In this document: one piece after another, positions 19,314 to 27,873 of the stretch
How positions within the stretch are numbered: position 1 is the first letter of the stretch
How the letters are laid out: the number at the start of each line of letters is the position of its first letter
From: an uncultured Methanosarcinales archaeon
GTDB lineage: Archaea; Nanobdellota; Nanobdellia; Woesearchaeales; CAZOXR01
NCBI GenBank assembly: GCA_964566535.1
Contig: CAZMIO010000012.1
Span: 1 to 33,455 of the forward strand
DNA length: 33,455 nt
Direction of reading: 5' to 3'
The notes under the pieces: generated by a model
Database searches by the model: none
What the model saw: the letters and a program-made list of their open reading frames with translations, nothing else
Told to the model about the DNA's origin: nothing
Translations under genes and position numbers: made by a program

Positions 19314-20191
19314 TTTCTTCCCATATCGGCAAGAAAACCAAACAAGAATATCTGAACGCCCATACTCATAAAAAGAACACTTAACAAGACTCTTGGCAGA
19401 CCACCAACATAACCCCTCACCATAAATGTGTATAATATGAACAACCCAATTAAAAATCCAACAGTAAAAAACGAACCTCCAAATAATCCAAAGAATTTTA
19501 ATGGTTCAAAATCTCTATAAATCCTAAAAATGTCTATCCATGCTCTAGTGGCATACCTCAATGGGTTTTTTATCAGTCTACTCTTTCCATGAATCCTTTT
19601 TGCAAAGAATATTGGGACTTCCCTTATTTTGAATTTCTGTTTTACTGCCTTAATAATCTGTTCCTGAGTGTAAGTGTGATTAGATGTTATTAAGATCTTC
19701 TGAGCAACTTCTTTTGTAAATGCCCTAAACCCAGTTTGTGCATCCGAAATCCTAATCCCTGTAACTTGAGAGATAACTCTTGAAAAAGCTTTATTACCAA
19801 TCCAATTTATGAAAGGCATACTTTCAATCCTCCCTTTAAATCTGCTTCCTAAGACAAGATCATAGCCATTTTTCACTTCATCAATCAGTTTGGGAATCTC
19901 TTCAGCTTTATATTGTCCATCTGCATCTATGTGGACTATAATCTCAGCCTTAAGTTCTATACTCTTCTCAATCTCCGTCTTAAATGTCTCTGCAAGACCA
20001 TAGTTCCTTGGGTGGGAATAAACTACTGCTCCAGCATCCTTAGCCTCAATAGCCGTTTTATCTAAGCTCCCATCATCAACAACAAGAACTTTATATTTCC
20101 ATTTACACTCATCCATAACTTCTTTAATCTGGCCTATAATATTCCCTATTGTGCCACCTTCGTTATAAGCAGGGATAGTAATCAAAATCAT
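19310..20191 (-). CDS. GT2 glycosyltransferase, DPM/GtrB-like, with two C-terminal TM helices
   Basis: IPAYNEG, VDDGSLD, IDADGQY, SDAQTGFRA, GKSRL, followed by two hydrophobic helices. Confidence 0.9.
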   Translation of the reverse strand: MILITIPAYNEGGTIGNIIGQIKEVMDECKWKYKVLVVDDGSLDKTAIEAKDAGAVVYSHPRNYGLAETFKTEIEKSIELKAEIIVHIDADGQYKAEEIPKLIDEVKNGYDLVLGSRFKGRIESMPFINWIGNKAFSRVISQVTGIRISDAQTGFRAFTKEVAQKILITSNHTYTQEQIIKAVKQKFKIREVPIFFAKRIHGKSRLIKNPLRYATRAWIDIFRIYRDFEPLKFFGLFGGSFFTVGFLIGLFILYTFMVRGYVGGLPRVLLSVLFMSMGVQIFLFGFLADMGRK

Positions 20192-20215
20192 TTCAGAATG
20201 ACTAATCCGAGTCCA

Positions 20216-20223
20216 TTTATTAA
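20216..20223 (-). promoter_or_regulatory. Candidate TATA box (TTAATAAA) for the GT2-radical SAM-SDR unit
   Basis: Ends 24 nt before the ATG at 20191, the same spacing as other promoters in the window. Confidence 0.45.
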
Positions 20224-20224
20224 T

Positions 20225-20515
20225 ATGTCGGAAATATACAAATGGTTTTCAAACCAGTGGACAAAGTCCACAATCCAATTATGAATGGTGACATATTTCT
20301 GAGCATGCTCAAAAACCACCTAGATGATGTTAGCTATGCTACAAGCATGCCACCCATCTGTGGTGTGTGGTTTTTGACATGTCGGAAATATACAAATGGT
20401 TTTCAAACCAATGGACAAAGTCCACCATCCAGTTTAGAAGGTAGTATATTTCTGAACATGTTCAAAAACCACCTTGCTTTAGCATGATGGTTTTTGACAT
20501 TATGTTTCAGAAATA
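20225..20515. repeat. Intergenic tandem duplication (period about 154 bp) built from nested inverted repeats
   Basis: 20225-20271 and 20379-20425 match at 46/47 nt. A ~25-28 bp motif ATATTTCYGA-n-CATG-n-TCAAAAACCA occurs forward at 20293-20319 and 20446-20472, reversed at 20367-20391 and 20488-20515, and partially reversed at 20225-20237. Confidence 0.9.
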
Positions 20516-20526
20516 GGTATATTTTA

Positions 20527-21975
20527 TTAGATTCTAAATACTGCCATTCCTGCAGATAAGTATCTTTTAATATCGTCTATAGACCTAATTTTTAACAATC
20601 TGCCTAATATGTATGAAGGTCTTCTATAGAACTTCCTATGGGCAAGTTTCGTCAATTCAACAAGTTCATCAAAAGACAAGTCCGGAAGTTCATAATAAAC
20701 CACCTTTTCTTTAATCATCTTATTTATAACTTCAATTGGATCAAGATTATCTCGGCTGCATACTAGATCAAACAATCTAGTCCCAGGGTACACCTGAGTA
20801 ATGTAGAATGTAGCATAATCGGGTTTGGCCTTAAGTGCAAAATTTATAGTATCCATGACACTTTCTTTATTATCTCCTGGCAGATTAAGCATAAAGAAAG
20901 TTCTTGCTTCAATCCCCATTTTTCTAACTAACTTTATGTCTCTAAGTGCCTGTTCCGTTGTAAACCCCTTGCTAATCTCTTTTAAGACTCGATCATTTCC
21001 TGATTCTATACCAAAATCAATTTCCCAACATCCTGCTTTCTTCATCCAATAAAGAATTTCTTCATTTATGGTGTTTACATGACCATAACAAGTCCAGGGA
21101 AGATCAAACTTTTCATCAATCATCTTTTTACATAAATTTATGACATAGTCTTTATCAACAGTAAAAGTCTCATCCCAGAATCTAATCTCTTTTGCTCCAA
21201 TATTTTTTAAGTGTTTAAGTTCTTTAACCACATTATCTATAGATCTCCACCTTACTTTTCTACCAAATATCTTAGAACAAAACACACAATTATATGGGCA
21301 GCCCCTTGAAGTCATTATAGGATAATCTGGCTGTTTTTTATAACTTGAAGGAGACCTCCTATACTCTCCTTTTTTCAGCAAGTCTAGTGCAGGAAACGGA
21401 ATAGTGTCAAGATCAGATATAACTTCCCTGGGCAAATTTTTTATTATCTCGCCGTTCTCTTTGAACACCATCCCATTAATTTTACTAAAGTCAACTTTCT
21501 CTCCAGATTTTTGTCTCTCTATTGATTTGAGCAGTTCAACAATTGTAATTTCTCCTTCTCCATCAATAGCATAATCAATTGTGCCGTGCGGGGAAAAAAG
21601 ATGTTTTTCTTGGTTTATCCTAGTCATAGAAACAACATGTGCTCCCCCTATTGCAACAGGAGTTTTTGGATGAATTTTTTTTATTATCTTAGAAGTCTCG
21701 ATAATATCTTCAAAAGCACTTGTTGTCCCTGAAAGACCAATAAAATCAAAATTTTCATTTTTTAGAAATTCTTCAAAAGAAGTTGCAGTAACATTTTGCG
21801 CAATAGCATCAATTATTTCAACATGATGGCCAGCTTCCCTTATTGCTCCAGCAACATAACATACCCCTAAAGGTCTACCTACTGTCCATAATTTTTTTGC
21901 ACTTTTACCAAGAATCCCAAAATCCCATTGATCATTTTCAGGGTATGGTAGCCATACTAATAGTGTTCTCAACAT
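20527..21975 (-). CDS. Cobalamin-binding-domain radical SAM protein
   Basis: RPLGVCYVAG, IGGAHV, GEGEIT, SRGCPYNCVFC, WDETF, GIESG, VYPGT. Start moved from 22128 to 21975 (MLRTLLVW), because the extension is non-homologous-looking, overlaps the divergent gene and contains TATA boxes. Confidence 0.9.
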   Translation of the reverse strand: MLRTLLVWLPYPENDQWDFGILGKSAKKLWTVGRPLGVCYVAGAIREAGHHVEIIDAIAQNVTATSFEEFLKNENFDFIGLSGTTSAFEDIIETSKIIKKIHPKTPVAIGGAHVVSMTRINQEKHLFSPHGTIDYAIDGEGEITIVELLKSIERQKSGEKVDFSKINGMVFKENGEIIKNLPREVISDLDTIPFPALDLLKKGEYRRSPSSYKKQPDYPIMTSRGCPYNCVFCSKIFGRKVRWRSIDNVVKELKHLKNIGAKEIRFWDETFTVDKDYVINLCKKMIDEKFDLPWTCYGHVNTINEEILYWMKKAGCWEIDFGIESGNDRVLKEISKGFTTEQALRDIKLVRKMGIEARTFFMLNLPGDNKESVMDTINFALKAKPDYATFYITQVYPGTRLFDLVCSRDNLDPIEVINKMIKEKVVYYELPDLSFDELVELTKLAHRKFYRRPSYILGRLLKIRSIDDIKRYLSAGMAVFRI

Positions 21976-21997
21976 TAGGTAATCTAAATTTATGAAA

Positions 21998-22092
21998 AAT
22001 ATAAAAACTTTGTGCTTTTGAGTGATTTCAACATTTTTTATTTTGAAAAACTGAACCATATTATAATAAATATCCTTAGAAAAATTTATATA
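21998..22092. promoter_or_regulatory. Divergent pair of TATA boxes
   Basis: TTTATATT on minus (21998-22005) 22 nt before ATG 21975; TTTATATA on plus (22085-22092) 22 nt before ATG 22115 (19 nt before 22112). Confidence 0.55.
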
Positions 22093-22111
22093 ACCCACCA
22101 AGTTATTTTGT

Positions 22112-22789
22112 ATGATGGATGTTAGCATAGTAATACCTGCTTATAACGAAGGAAAAAACATTGAACCCTTGTTGAAGGAAATAAAAGAAACATTTCCAGA
22201 GTACGAGCTTGTCGTAGCAGCAGATGGAAGTACAGATAATACTGAAGAAATCTCTAGAAGGTATGCAGACGTTGTACTAAACGGTCCAAAAGAAGGAAAA
22301 GGGGCGGCTTTAAATCATGCATTCAAAAACACCAAAGGGGAATTGATTGTAATGCTGGACGCAGACCTTTCCCATAGTCCTAAAATAATCAATAAAATGA
22401 TTAATTTCTTTAATGAACCAGGAGTAGGCATGGTAATCGCTTCAAGACGGCTTGGATCAAGTGAAGACCACACTCCTTTGAGAGATGTCGGAAATGCATT
22501 ACTAACATTTTTCGGAAATATTTTCCTCTCTACAAAATTAACCGATATCTTGAATGGATTTAAAGTATTCAAAAAAGACATTTTAGGTGAAACTGGATTA
22601 AAGACAAAGGGATTTAACGTTGAGATAGAGCTAATTGGGAAAACATTAAAGAATGGATATAAAATTAAAGAAATCGCAGACCATGAATTCAAAAGAGCAC
22701 ATGGAAAAAGCAACCTCCATAGTTTTAGGGACGGCATGAAGATTTTAATACAGATACTAAAGGAAAGGAAAGGACTAAAAAAGAACTAA
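22112..22789 (+). CDS. GT2 glycosyltransferase, DPM-synthase-like
   Basis: VIPAYNEG, ADGSTD, EGKGAA, LDADLSH, TDILNGFK, FNVEIE, HGKSNL; the start could be the second ATG at 22115. Confidence 0.9.
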   Translation: MMDVSIVIPAYNEGKNIEPLLKEIKETFPEYELVVAADGSTDNTEEISRRYADVVLNGPKEGKGAALNHAFKNTKGELIVMLDADLSHSPKIINKMINFFNEPGVGMVIASRRLGSSEDHTPLRDVGNALLTFFGNIFLSTKLTDILNGFKVFKKDILGETGLKTKGFNVEIELIGKTLKNGYKIKEIADHEFKRAHGKSNLHSFRDGMKILIQILKERKGLKKN

Positions 22790-22800
22790 TAACACAAAAA

Positions 22801-22808
22801 TTTAAATA
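22801..22808 (+). promoter_or_regulatory. Candidate TATA box (TTTAAATA)
   Basis: Preceded by AAAAA and ends 25 nt before the ATG at 22834. Confidence 0.5.
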
Positions 22809-22833
22809 ACCACCCTAATTATTTACTTCTATC

Positions 22834-24642
22834 ATGAGTTTTCCAACAATACTTTTATTTTTTATTTATACTTGGTGCTTTGGCTATACTGCAACCAATA
22901 TAATCAACGCCAATATAAAAAATTTCTACGAACGAAACTTGATGAGAATTGGAATCGGCTTAGTACTATTACCATTAATAGGCATTTTCTTAAGTTTAAT
23001 CCGCATCCCATTGGACTGGAAAATCATCCTCTTCATTTCAATAACCCCAGCAGCTTTCTTCCTAATAAAAAATAAAGAAAAATTAAACTTCAAACCAAAA
23101 ATAAAAAAATCAGATATCTATGTTTTTATAGTAATCTTGCTATTCTTAGGCACATTCTATATGTATCACAAAGGAGCATTTGCATATCCTTATTTAGAAG
23201 ACGACGACCCATGGTCACATGCAGTCGGAATAAAATTCGTATCAATTGAAAAAACAGTCTTCATGCCAGTTGAGATGGGCAGACGCCTCCAATACCTCCA
23301 CCCTTACCCTGCAAGTTACGACCTAATATTTGGAATATTGCACCAAACCTCGCCGAATTTAATGTGGACGATGAAATATTTCAACGCCTTAATTATATCA
23401 CTAAGCATAATATTCTTTTATTTCTTCGTAAAAAAATTCACCGGAAGTCAAAAAAGAGCGCTGTTCTCAACATTCGCTCTGGCAATGATTCCTTCTTTCC
23501 TTAGCCATTTTATCTGGGCAATAGCACTATCTGTTCCATTATATTTTGTAGCGTTTTACTCCATAGAAAAAATAAAAGACAATAAAAAATGGATTTACAT
23601 CTCAGCATTAATGGTAGCATCAATGCTAATTATGACTCCAACCCATTCAACATATTTTGGTTTCTTCTTCATACTATACTTTATGACTACATCCATCTTA
23701 AAAAAAAGCTTCCAAACAAAACTCTTCATTACCGGATTCTCAGGTTTACTAATCTCATTCTTATTATGGTGGGGGCCGATGATCAAAACTTACGGATTCA
23801 AAGGCTTCATAGTAGCAATGGATCTAGCACATTCAGATCTATGGAGTTTTGGAGGAACGGGAGACAGAATATACGGATTAGGTGACTTTATCTTTGCACA
23901 ATCTCAAAATATGGTGAACAACCCAGTGGGGATAGGACTTTTCCTATCAGTACTATTAGTTTTATCATTGTTAGTAATATTCCTAAGACTAGACACGTTA
24001 AAAAACGAAAAAAACCAATGGGTCATTATCTCATTAGTCTGGTTCGCATTTACTTTATATGCAGTTAATGCAGCCAGATTCCCAGTAAAGCTCTCCCCAT
24101 TTAGAACATGGATGTTATTTGCAATCCCATTATGCATCTTGGTGAGCCAAGGATTCTTATTTTTAACTTCATTACTAAAAAACAATCTCGCAAAAATAAC
24201 ATTAATAATCCTAATCATAATGGGGATGTGGTACACTTCAGGCCTTCAAAAATTCGAACTAAACACATCACCTGGATGGCCTCCTGGCGCTTTCTGGACA
24301 TCAGTGGATGAAGTCCAAGGATACACATGGTTAACCACATTACCTCCCAACACAAAAGTATTCTCATATACCAATGAGGGAGTTATTATTGGCTATGGTA
24401 CATTCTCATGTGTATGGTGTGATGAAAATGTGGAATTCAAAAAAACAGCAATAAACCAAAGCGCAAATGACTTACACTCATGGCTAAAAGGACAAGAATA
24501 TGAATACTTAGTCTTAGGAGGCCAAGAAGCAATGGAGTATGGTGTAGACACACTAAATACTAAAGTTAATGAACTTGCATCATCAAATTTATTCCAACCA
24601 GTCCACCAAACACAAAGTGTGATCTTCTTTAAATTAGTATAA
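22834..24642 (+). CDS. Multi-pass membrane protein, probable GT-C fold glycosyltransferase
   Basis: Acidic loop motif EDDDPWSH followed by YP, more than ten hydrophobic segments, late R motif (PFRTW), soluble C-terminal domain. Confidence 0.68.
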   Translation: MSFPTILLFFIYTWCFGYTATNIINANIKNFYERNLMRIGIGLVLLPLIGIFLSLIRIPLDWKIILFISITPAAFFLIKNKEKLNFKPKIKKSDIYVFIVILLFLGTFYMYHKGAFAYPYLEDDDPWSHAVGIKFVSIEKTVFMPVEMGRRLQYLHPYPASYDLIFGILHQTSPNLMWTMKYFNALIISLSIIFFYFFVKKFTGSQKRALFSTFALAMIPSFLSHFIWAIALSVPLYFVAFYSIEKIKDNKKWIYISALMVASMLIMTPTHSTYFGFFFILYFMTTSILKKSFQTKLFITGFSGLLISFLLWWGPMIKTYGFKGFIVAMDLAHSDLWSFGGTGDRIYGLGDFIFAQSQNMVNNPVGIGLFLSVLLVLSLLVIFLRLDTLKNEKNQWVIISLVWFAFTLYAVNAARFPVKLSPFRTWMLFAIPLCILVSQGFLFLTSLLKNNLAKITLIILIIMGMWYTSGLQKFELNTSPGWPPGAFWTSVDEVQGYTWLTTLPPNTKVFSYTNEGVIIGYGTFSCVWCDENVEFKKTAINQSANDLHSWLKGQEYEYLVLGGQEAMEYGVDTLNTKVNELASSNLFQPVHQTQSVIFFKLV

Positions 24643-24646
24643 TTAG

Positions 24647-26392
24647 TTATTTCGCATCATAAATTAAAATAGAATATCCTACAATATCAATAGGTTCATA
24701 CTCTTTCAACCAGCTATAACACTGATTATTCTCAAGATAAATTCCTTGTAGATATGTAGCACTAATTGCATAAACTCCATTTTTAGGGGTACAATCTTCT
24801 TCGTCTAATGAATTATCTCCAAAATATTTTAGATAACTATAACCAATATTATAAACTTCAGGATTAGTCCAACCAAAGTAGATCAAATTAATATCCTCAA
24901 TACCTTCCTCTTCGATATATTCTCCAAGTAATCTCAAATCCTGCCCCCAATCAAGTCCTGATTCAACCAAATAATTATATCCTTCACTTGGACCACCAAC
25001 AAACTCATTAAAGTAGGCAAGATAATGAGGATATATCATCAATGAGCTAAGTAAATACCCTACGCTCAGAATTATAATCAAAAAATTGAACACCCTTCTC
25101 CATTCTAACTTCAAGAACTTTAAATTGACTATCTTACTAATAAAGACGAAAAGAAGGGGGTATATTGCTAAAACATACCTCAACCTAGCATTTATTGGAT
25201 GAAAAAAAGAAAAATAAACTAAAATAAATAAGATTGGTACAATTAGAAATAATTCATCCAAGCCCCTTTTGCTTTTTATCCTAAAAAAGAAGATTAAACT
25301 CAACAACAGCAAAATCGTAGTAGGGATTGGAGTTTTAATTAAAAAAACTACTAAGTATGAATACCAACTCTCTTGAGTGTTCTTGCCAATAAAAAAAGGA
25401 TAATACGTGATAGATTTAGCTTCTTGCGTCTGTCTAACTATAGAAACAAATGATTTTAAATAAGGATAGGGGATAATGATTGGAATTTCTTCAACAATAA
25501 AAGTACTTGCAATTCTAACAAATTTATTATCGGTAGGAATTTTACTAACAATAGTCTCCCCATTAAACACCTCATGGTCAAAATATTCTGATTTATCTTC
25601 TCGAAGATTTTCTCCTAATGATTTAAATGAGCCTTGGAATCCATAACTAACATTAATCACAATTAATCCAATAACCAATATTGTAAACAAGGAATAAAGC
25701 ATAATACCAATCTCCTTGAATTTCTTCTCTCGATTAAATACTGAAAGGGAAATAAAGATTAAAAATAATGGTACTAAATAAATCCCTGAAAATTTAGAAA
25801 CTTGTGTCAAACCAAACATAACTCCAGTTAAAACCAAATCATAAGGTTTCTTATTGTTAATAAACCTCCAGAAATAATAAATAGAGATAAACATAAAACA
25901 ACCGAAACCCAGGTCGGTTACGGCCAATCTTGAATAGGCAAGTATGTTTGGACTAAGAGAATACAAAAAAAGCGCAAATAATCCTGCTTTAACCCCATAA
26001 ACCTCCTTTGCCCATCTAAAAACATAAAAACCTAGCAACATTGAAATTAAAACCATTGGAATCCTTCCCCAAAAGATTATTTGGTCTAATTTATCCTTAT
26101 TATAGTTGAAAAGAAACTCATTACTATATTCCTTATAGTTATTCTGAACATAGTATTCCTCCATATTGGGAGGAATCTTTAGGTCTAGAAACATTAATGG
26201 AGCTGAAGCCATAATGTGGATCAAAGGGGTGTGCCCCATAATCGATAACTGCCCAGTTTTTAAATAAGTATAGCCACTAGGTAAAAATGCATGTTCGTCA
26301 TTTGTTATTGACTTCTGTAGCATACTTGTAGTGGCCATCACAAATAATAAAATGAGCAAAAAAGCCACCATAAGATCAGTTTTCTTAAACAT
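24647..26392 (-). CDS. Multi-pass GT-C fold glycosyltransferase (GT39/ArnT-like, lipid-carrier-dependent)
   Basis: SITNDEHAFLPSGYTYL, HTPL, SPNILAYSRLAVTD, SKFSG, RYVLAIYP, YLAYFNEFVGG, LDWGQDL; GGTGG precedes the start. Confidence 0.85.
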   Translation of the reverse strand: MFKKTDLMVAFLLILLFVMATTSMLQKSITNDEHAFLPSGYTYLKTGQLSIMGHTPLIHIMASAPLMFLDLKIPPNMEEYYVQNNYKEYSNEFLFNYNKDKLDQIIFWGRIPMVLISMLLGFYVFRWAKEVYGVKAGLFALFLYSLSPNILAYSRLAVTDLGFGCFMFISIYYFWRFINNKKPYDLVLTGVMFGLTQVSKFSGIYLVPLFLIFISLSVFNREKKFKEIGIMLYSLFTILVIGLIVINVSYGFQGSFKSLGENLREDKSEYFDHEVFNGETIVSKIPTDNKFVRIASTFIVEEIPIIIPYPYLKSFVSIVRQTQEAKSITYYPFFIGKNTQESWYSYLVVFLIKTPIPTTILLLLSLIFFFRIKSKRGLDELFLIVPILFILVYFSFFHPINARLRYVLAIYPLLFVFISKIVNLKFLKLEWRRVFNFLIIILSVGYLLSSLMIYPHYLAYFNEFVGGPSEGYNYLVESGLDWGQDLRLLGEYIEEEGIEDINLIYFGWTNPEVYNIGYSYLKYFGDNSLDEEDCTPKNGVYAISATYLQGIYLENNQCYSWLKEYEPIDIVGYSILIYDAK

Positions 26393-26664
26393 ACAAATTC
26401 CACCATCCTAATAATAAATCCATTCTTAACTACAAAGGGGACATTAAATTCATTTTAAAATTTTCTCATTTTTAATCAATTCACCGATTTTAAAATCTAT
26501 TCAAGTTAATCCATTCAAAACCTTTTTATATGTCTGACCACTGCCATTCTCAAAGATAGTAGTCTTAAAATACTTGAATTTACCAATTGTTTAGCAAATA
26601 CTCTGCAGCTAACTGCGATTGGAATTTTTTATCACATCAAATAACTTAACACAGTCTGATTATT

Positions 26665-27870
26665 ATGAAAAAAGTTTTAGTAGGAGATTTCAAATTAGGT
26701 AAGGAAGAAAAAGACATCATAAATGAAGTTATGGATAGCGGTAGAATTTCTGAAGGAGAAAAAGTAAGGCAGTTTGAAGATGAATGGGCAAAATATATCG
26801 GTACAAAATATTCTATTTTAACAAATTCTGGGACATCTGCTCTTATCGCAGGAATGTGCTCATTAAAACACACAAAACACGATTCACCAAATAAACAAAT
26901 CCTCACAACACCCCTAACCTACATTGCGACAAGCAATGCTATAACTCTCTCAAATCTTGAGCCAGTGTATGTTGATGTGGATATTAACACATTTGGAATT
27001 ACTCCTGAAAATGTTAAATTATTTCTTGAAGAAAATCCAGATAACCAACTAAAAGCAATCTTACCAGTCCATCTAATGGGTTATCCCGTAGACATGTACC
27101 AATTAAATAAAATTGCAAAAGAAAATAATCTTATCACAATTGAAGATTCAGCTCAAGCTCACGGTAGCAGATTAGATGATCAAAAGGCAGGCTCATTATC
27201 TTTATTCTCCTGTTTTTCATTTTATGTTGCTCACAACATCCAAGCCGGAGAAATGGGTGCAATTAATACTAACGACCCAGAACTTTTAGAATATATCCAA
27301 AAAATGAAATCTAATGGGAGGGTGTGTAGTTGTAGGGTGTGTACAAGAGCAAAAGGATTTTGTCCTCCACTGAGTAATGGAAGAAATAATGCTGATCCAA
27401 GATTCAGTCATGACATTATCGGCTTTAATTTTAAGACAATGGAATTCCAGGCAGCACTGGGACTAGTTCAACTAAGGAGAATCAACGAGATACTAACAAA
27501 GAGACAGGAAAATGTGAAATATCTAAATGAGGGATTAAGTGAATTTTCAGATGTCCTTCAGCTTCCAATACATTCCAATAAGATAAGCTACCTCGCTTAT
27601 CCAATTGTACTAAAAAAACAAAGTAATCTGAACAGAGAAAAGTTAATGGAGGAATTGGGGGAAAATGGGATTGAAACAAGGCCCTTATTTGGCTGCATCC
27701 CTACCCAACAGCCAGCTTATTCTTTTCTGAAGGAGAAGTATAAAGACAAACTGTCAAATGCCGAATATCTGGGGCTAAATGCGTTCTATGTTGGCTGCCA
27801 TCAATATCTAAATCAGGATGACCTTGACTACGTTATCTCAATATTCAAAAAAACACTAAAAGAGAAGTAA
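26665..27870 (+). CDS. DegT/DnrJ/EryC1/StrS family PLP/PMP enzyme, E1(RfbH/DdhC)/ColD-like 3-dehydrase type
   Basis: NSGTSAL, PVHLMG, IEDSAQAHG. SFYVAHNI has His where aminotransferases have Lys, and there is a Cys cluster GRVCSCRVCTRAKGFC. Confidence 0.88.
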   Translation: MKKVLVGDFKLGKEEKDIINEVMDSGRISEGEKVRQFEDEWAKYIGTKYSILTNSGTSALIAGMCSLKHTKHDSPNKQILTTPLTYIATSNAITLSNLEPVYVDVDINTFGITPENVKLFLEENPDNQLKAILPVHLMGYPVDMYQLNKIAKENNLITIEDSAQAHGSRLDDQKAGSLSLFSCFSFYVAHNIQAGEMGAINTNDPELLEYIQKMKSNGRVCSCRVCTRAKGFCPPLSNGRNNADPRFSHDIIGFNFKTMEFQAALGLVQLRRINEILTKRQENVKYLNEGLSEFSDVLQLPIHSNKISYLAYPIVLKKQSNLNREKLMEELGENGIETRPLFGCIPTQQPAYSFLKEKYKDKLSNAEYLGLNAFYVGCHQYLNQDDLDYVISIFKKTLKEK

Positions 27871-27873
27871 AAC

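Noticed and set aside
20242..20487. 81-aa plus-strand ORF with an internal repeat
   Set aside because: It lies wholly within the DNA repeat, conservation follows base-pairing symmetry rather than codons, and the two copies fall partly in different frames (period 154 is not a multiple of 3).
20225..20515. Possible CRISPR mini-array or tRNA
   Set aside because: There are only two long direct copies with similar intervening sequence and alternating motif orientation; no cas genes; no T-loop/D-loop consensus.
9854..21975. Assigning radical SAMs as bchE, hpnJ, grsA/B or RiPP maturases
   Set aside because: There is no photosynthesis, hopanoid or precursor-peptide context, and family-level motifs cannot establish orthology without a search.
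21976..22128. 51-aa N-terminal extension of the radical SAM ORF in the track
   Set aside because: It overlaps the divergent GT2 start, contains both TATA boxes and looks like translated AT-rich intergenic DNA.
22834..24642. Calling this gene aglB/STT3
   Set aside because: It lacks the WWDxG motif and has extra N-terminal TM helices before the acidic loop.
26665..27870. Perosamine synthase (per/rfbE) call prompted by nearby gmd
   Set aside because: The catalytic lysine position holds His, which is inconsistent with a standard sugar aminotransferase.
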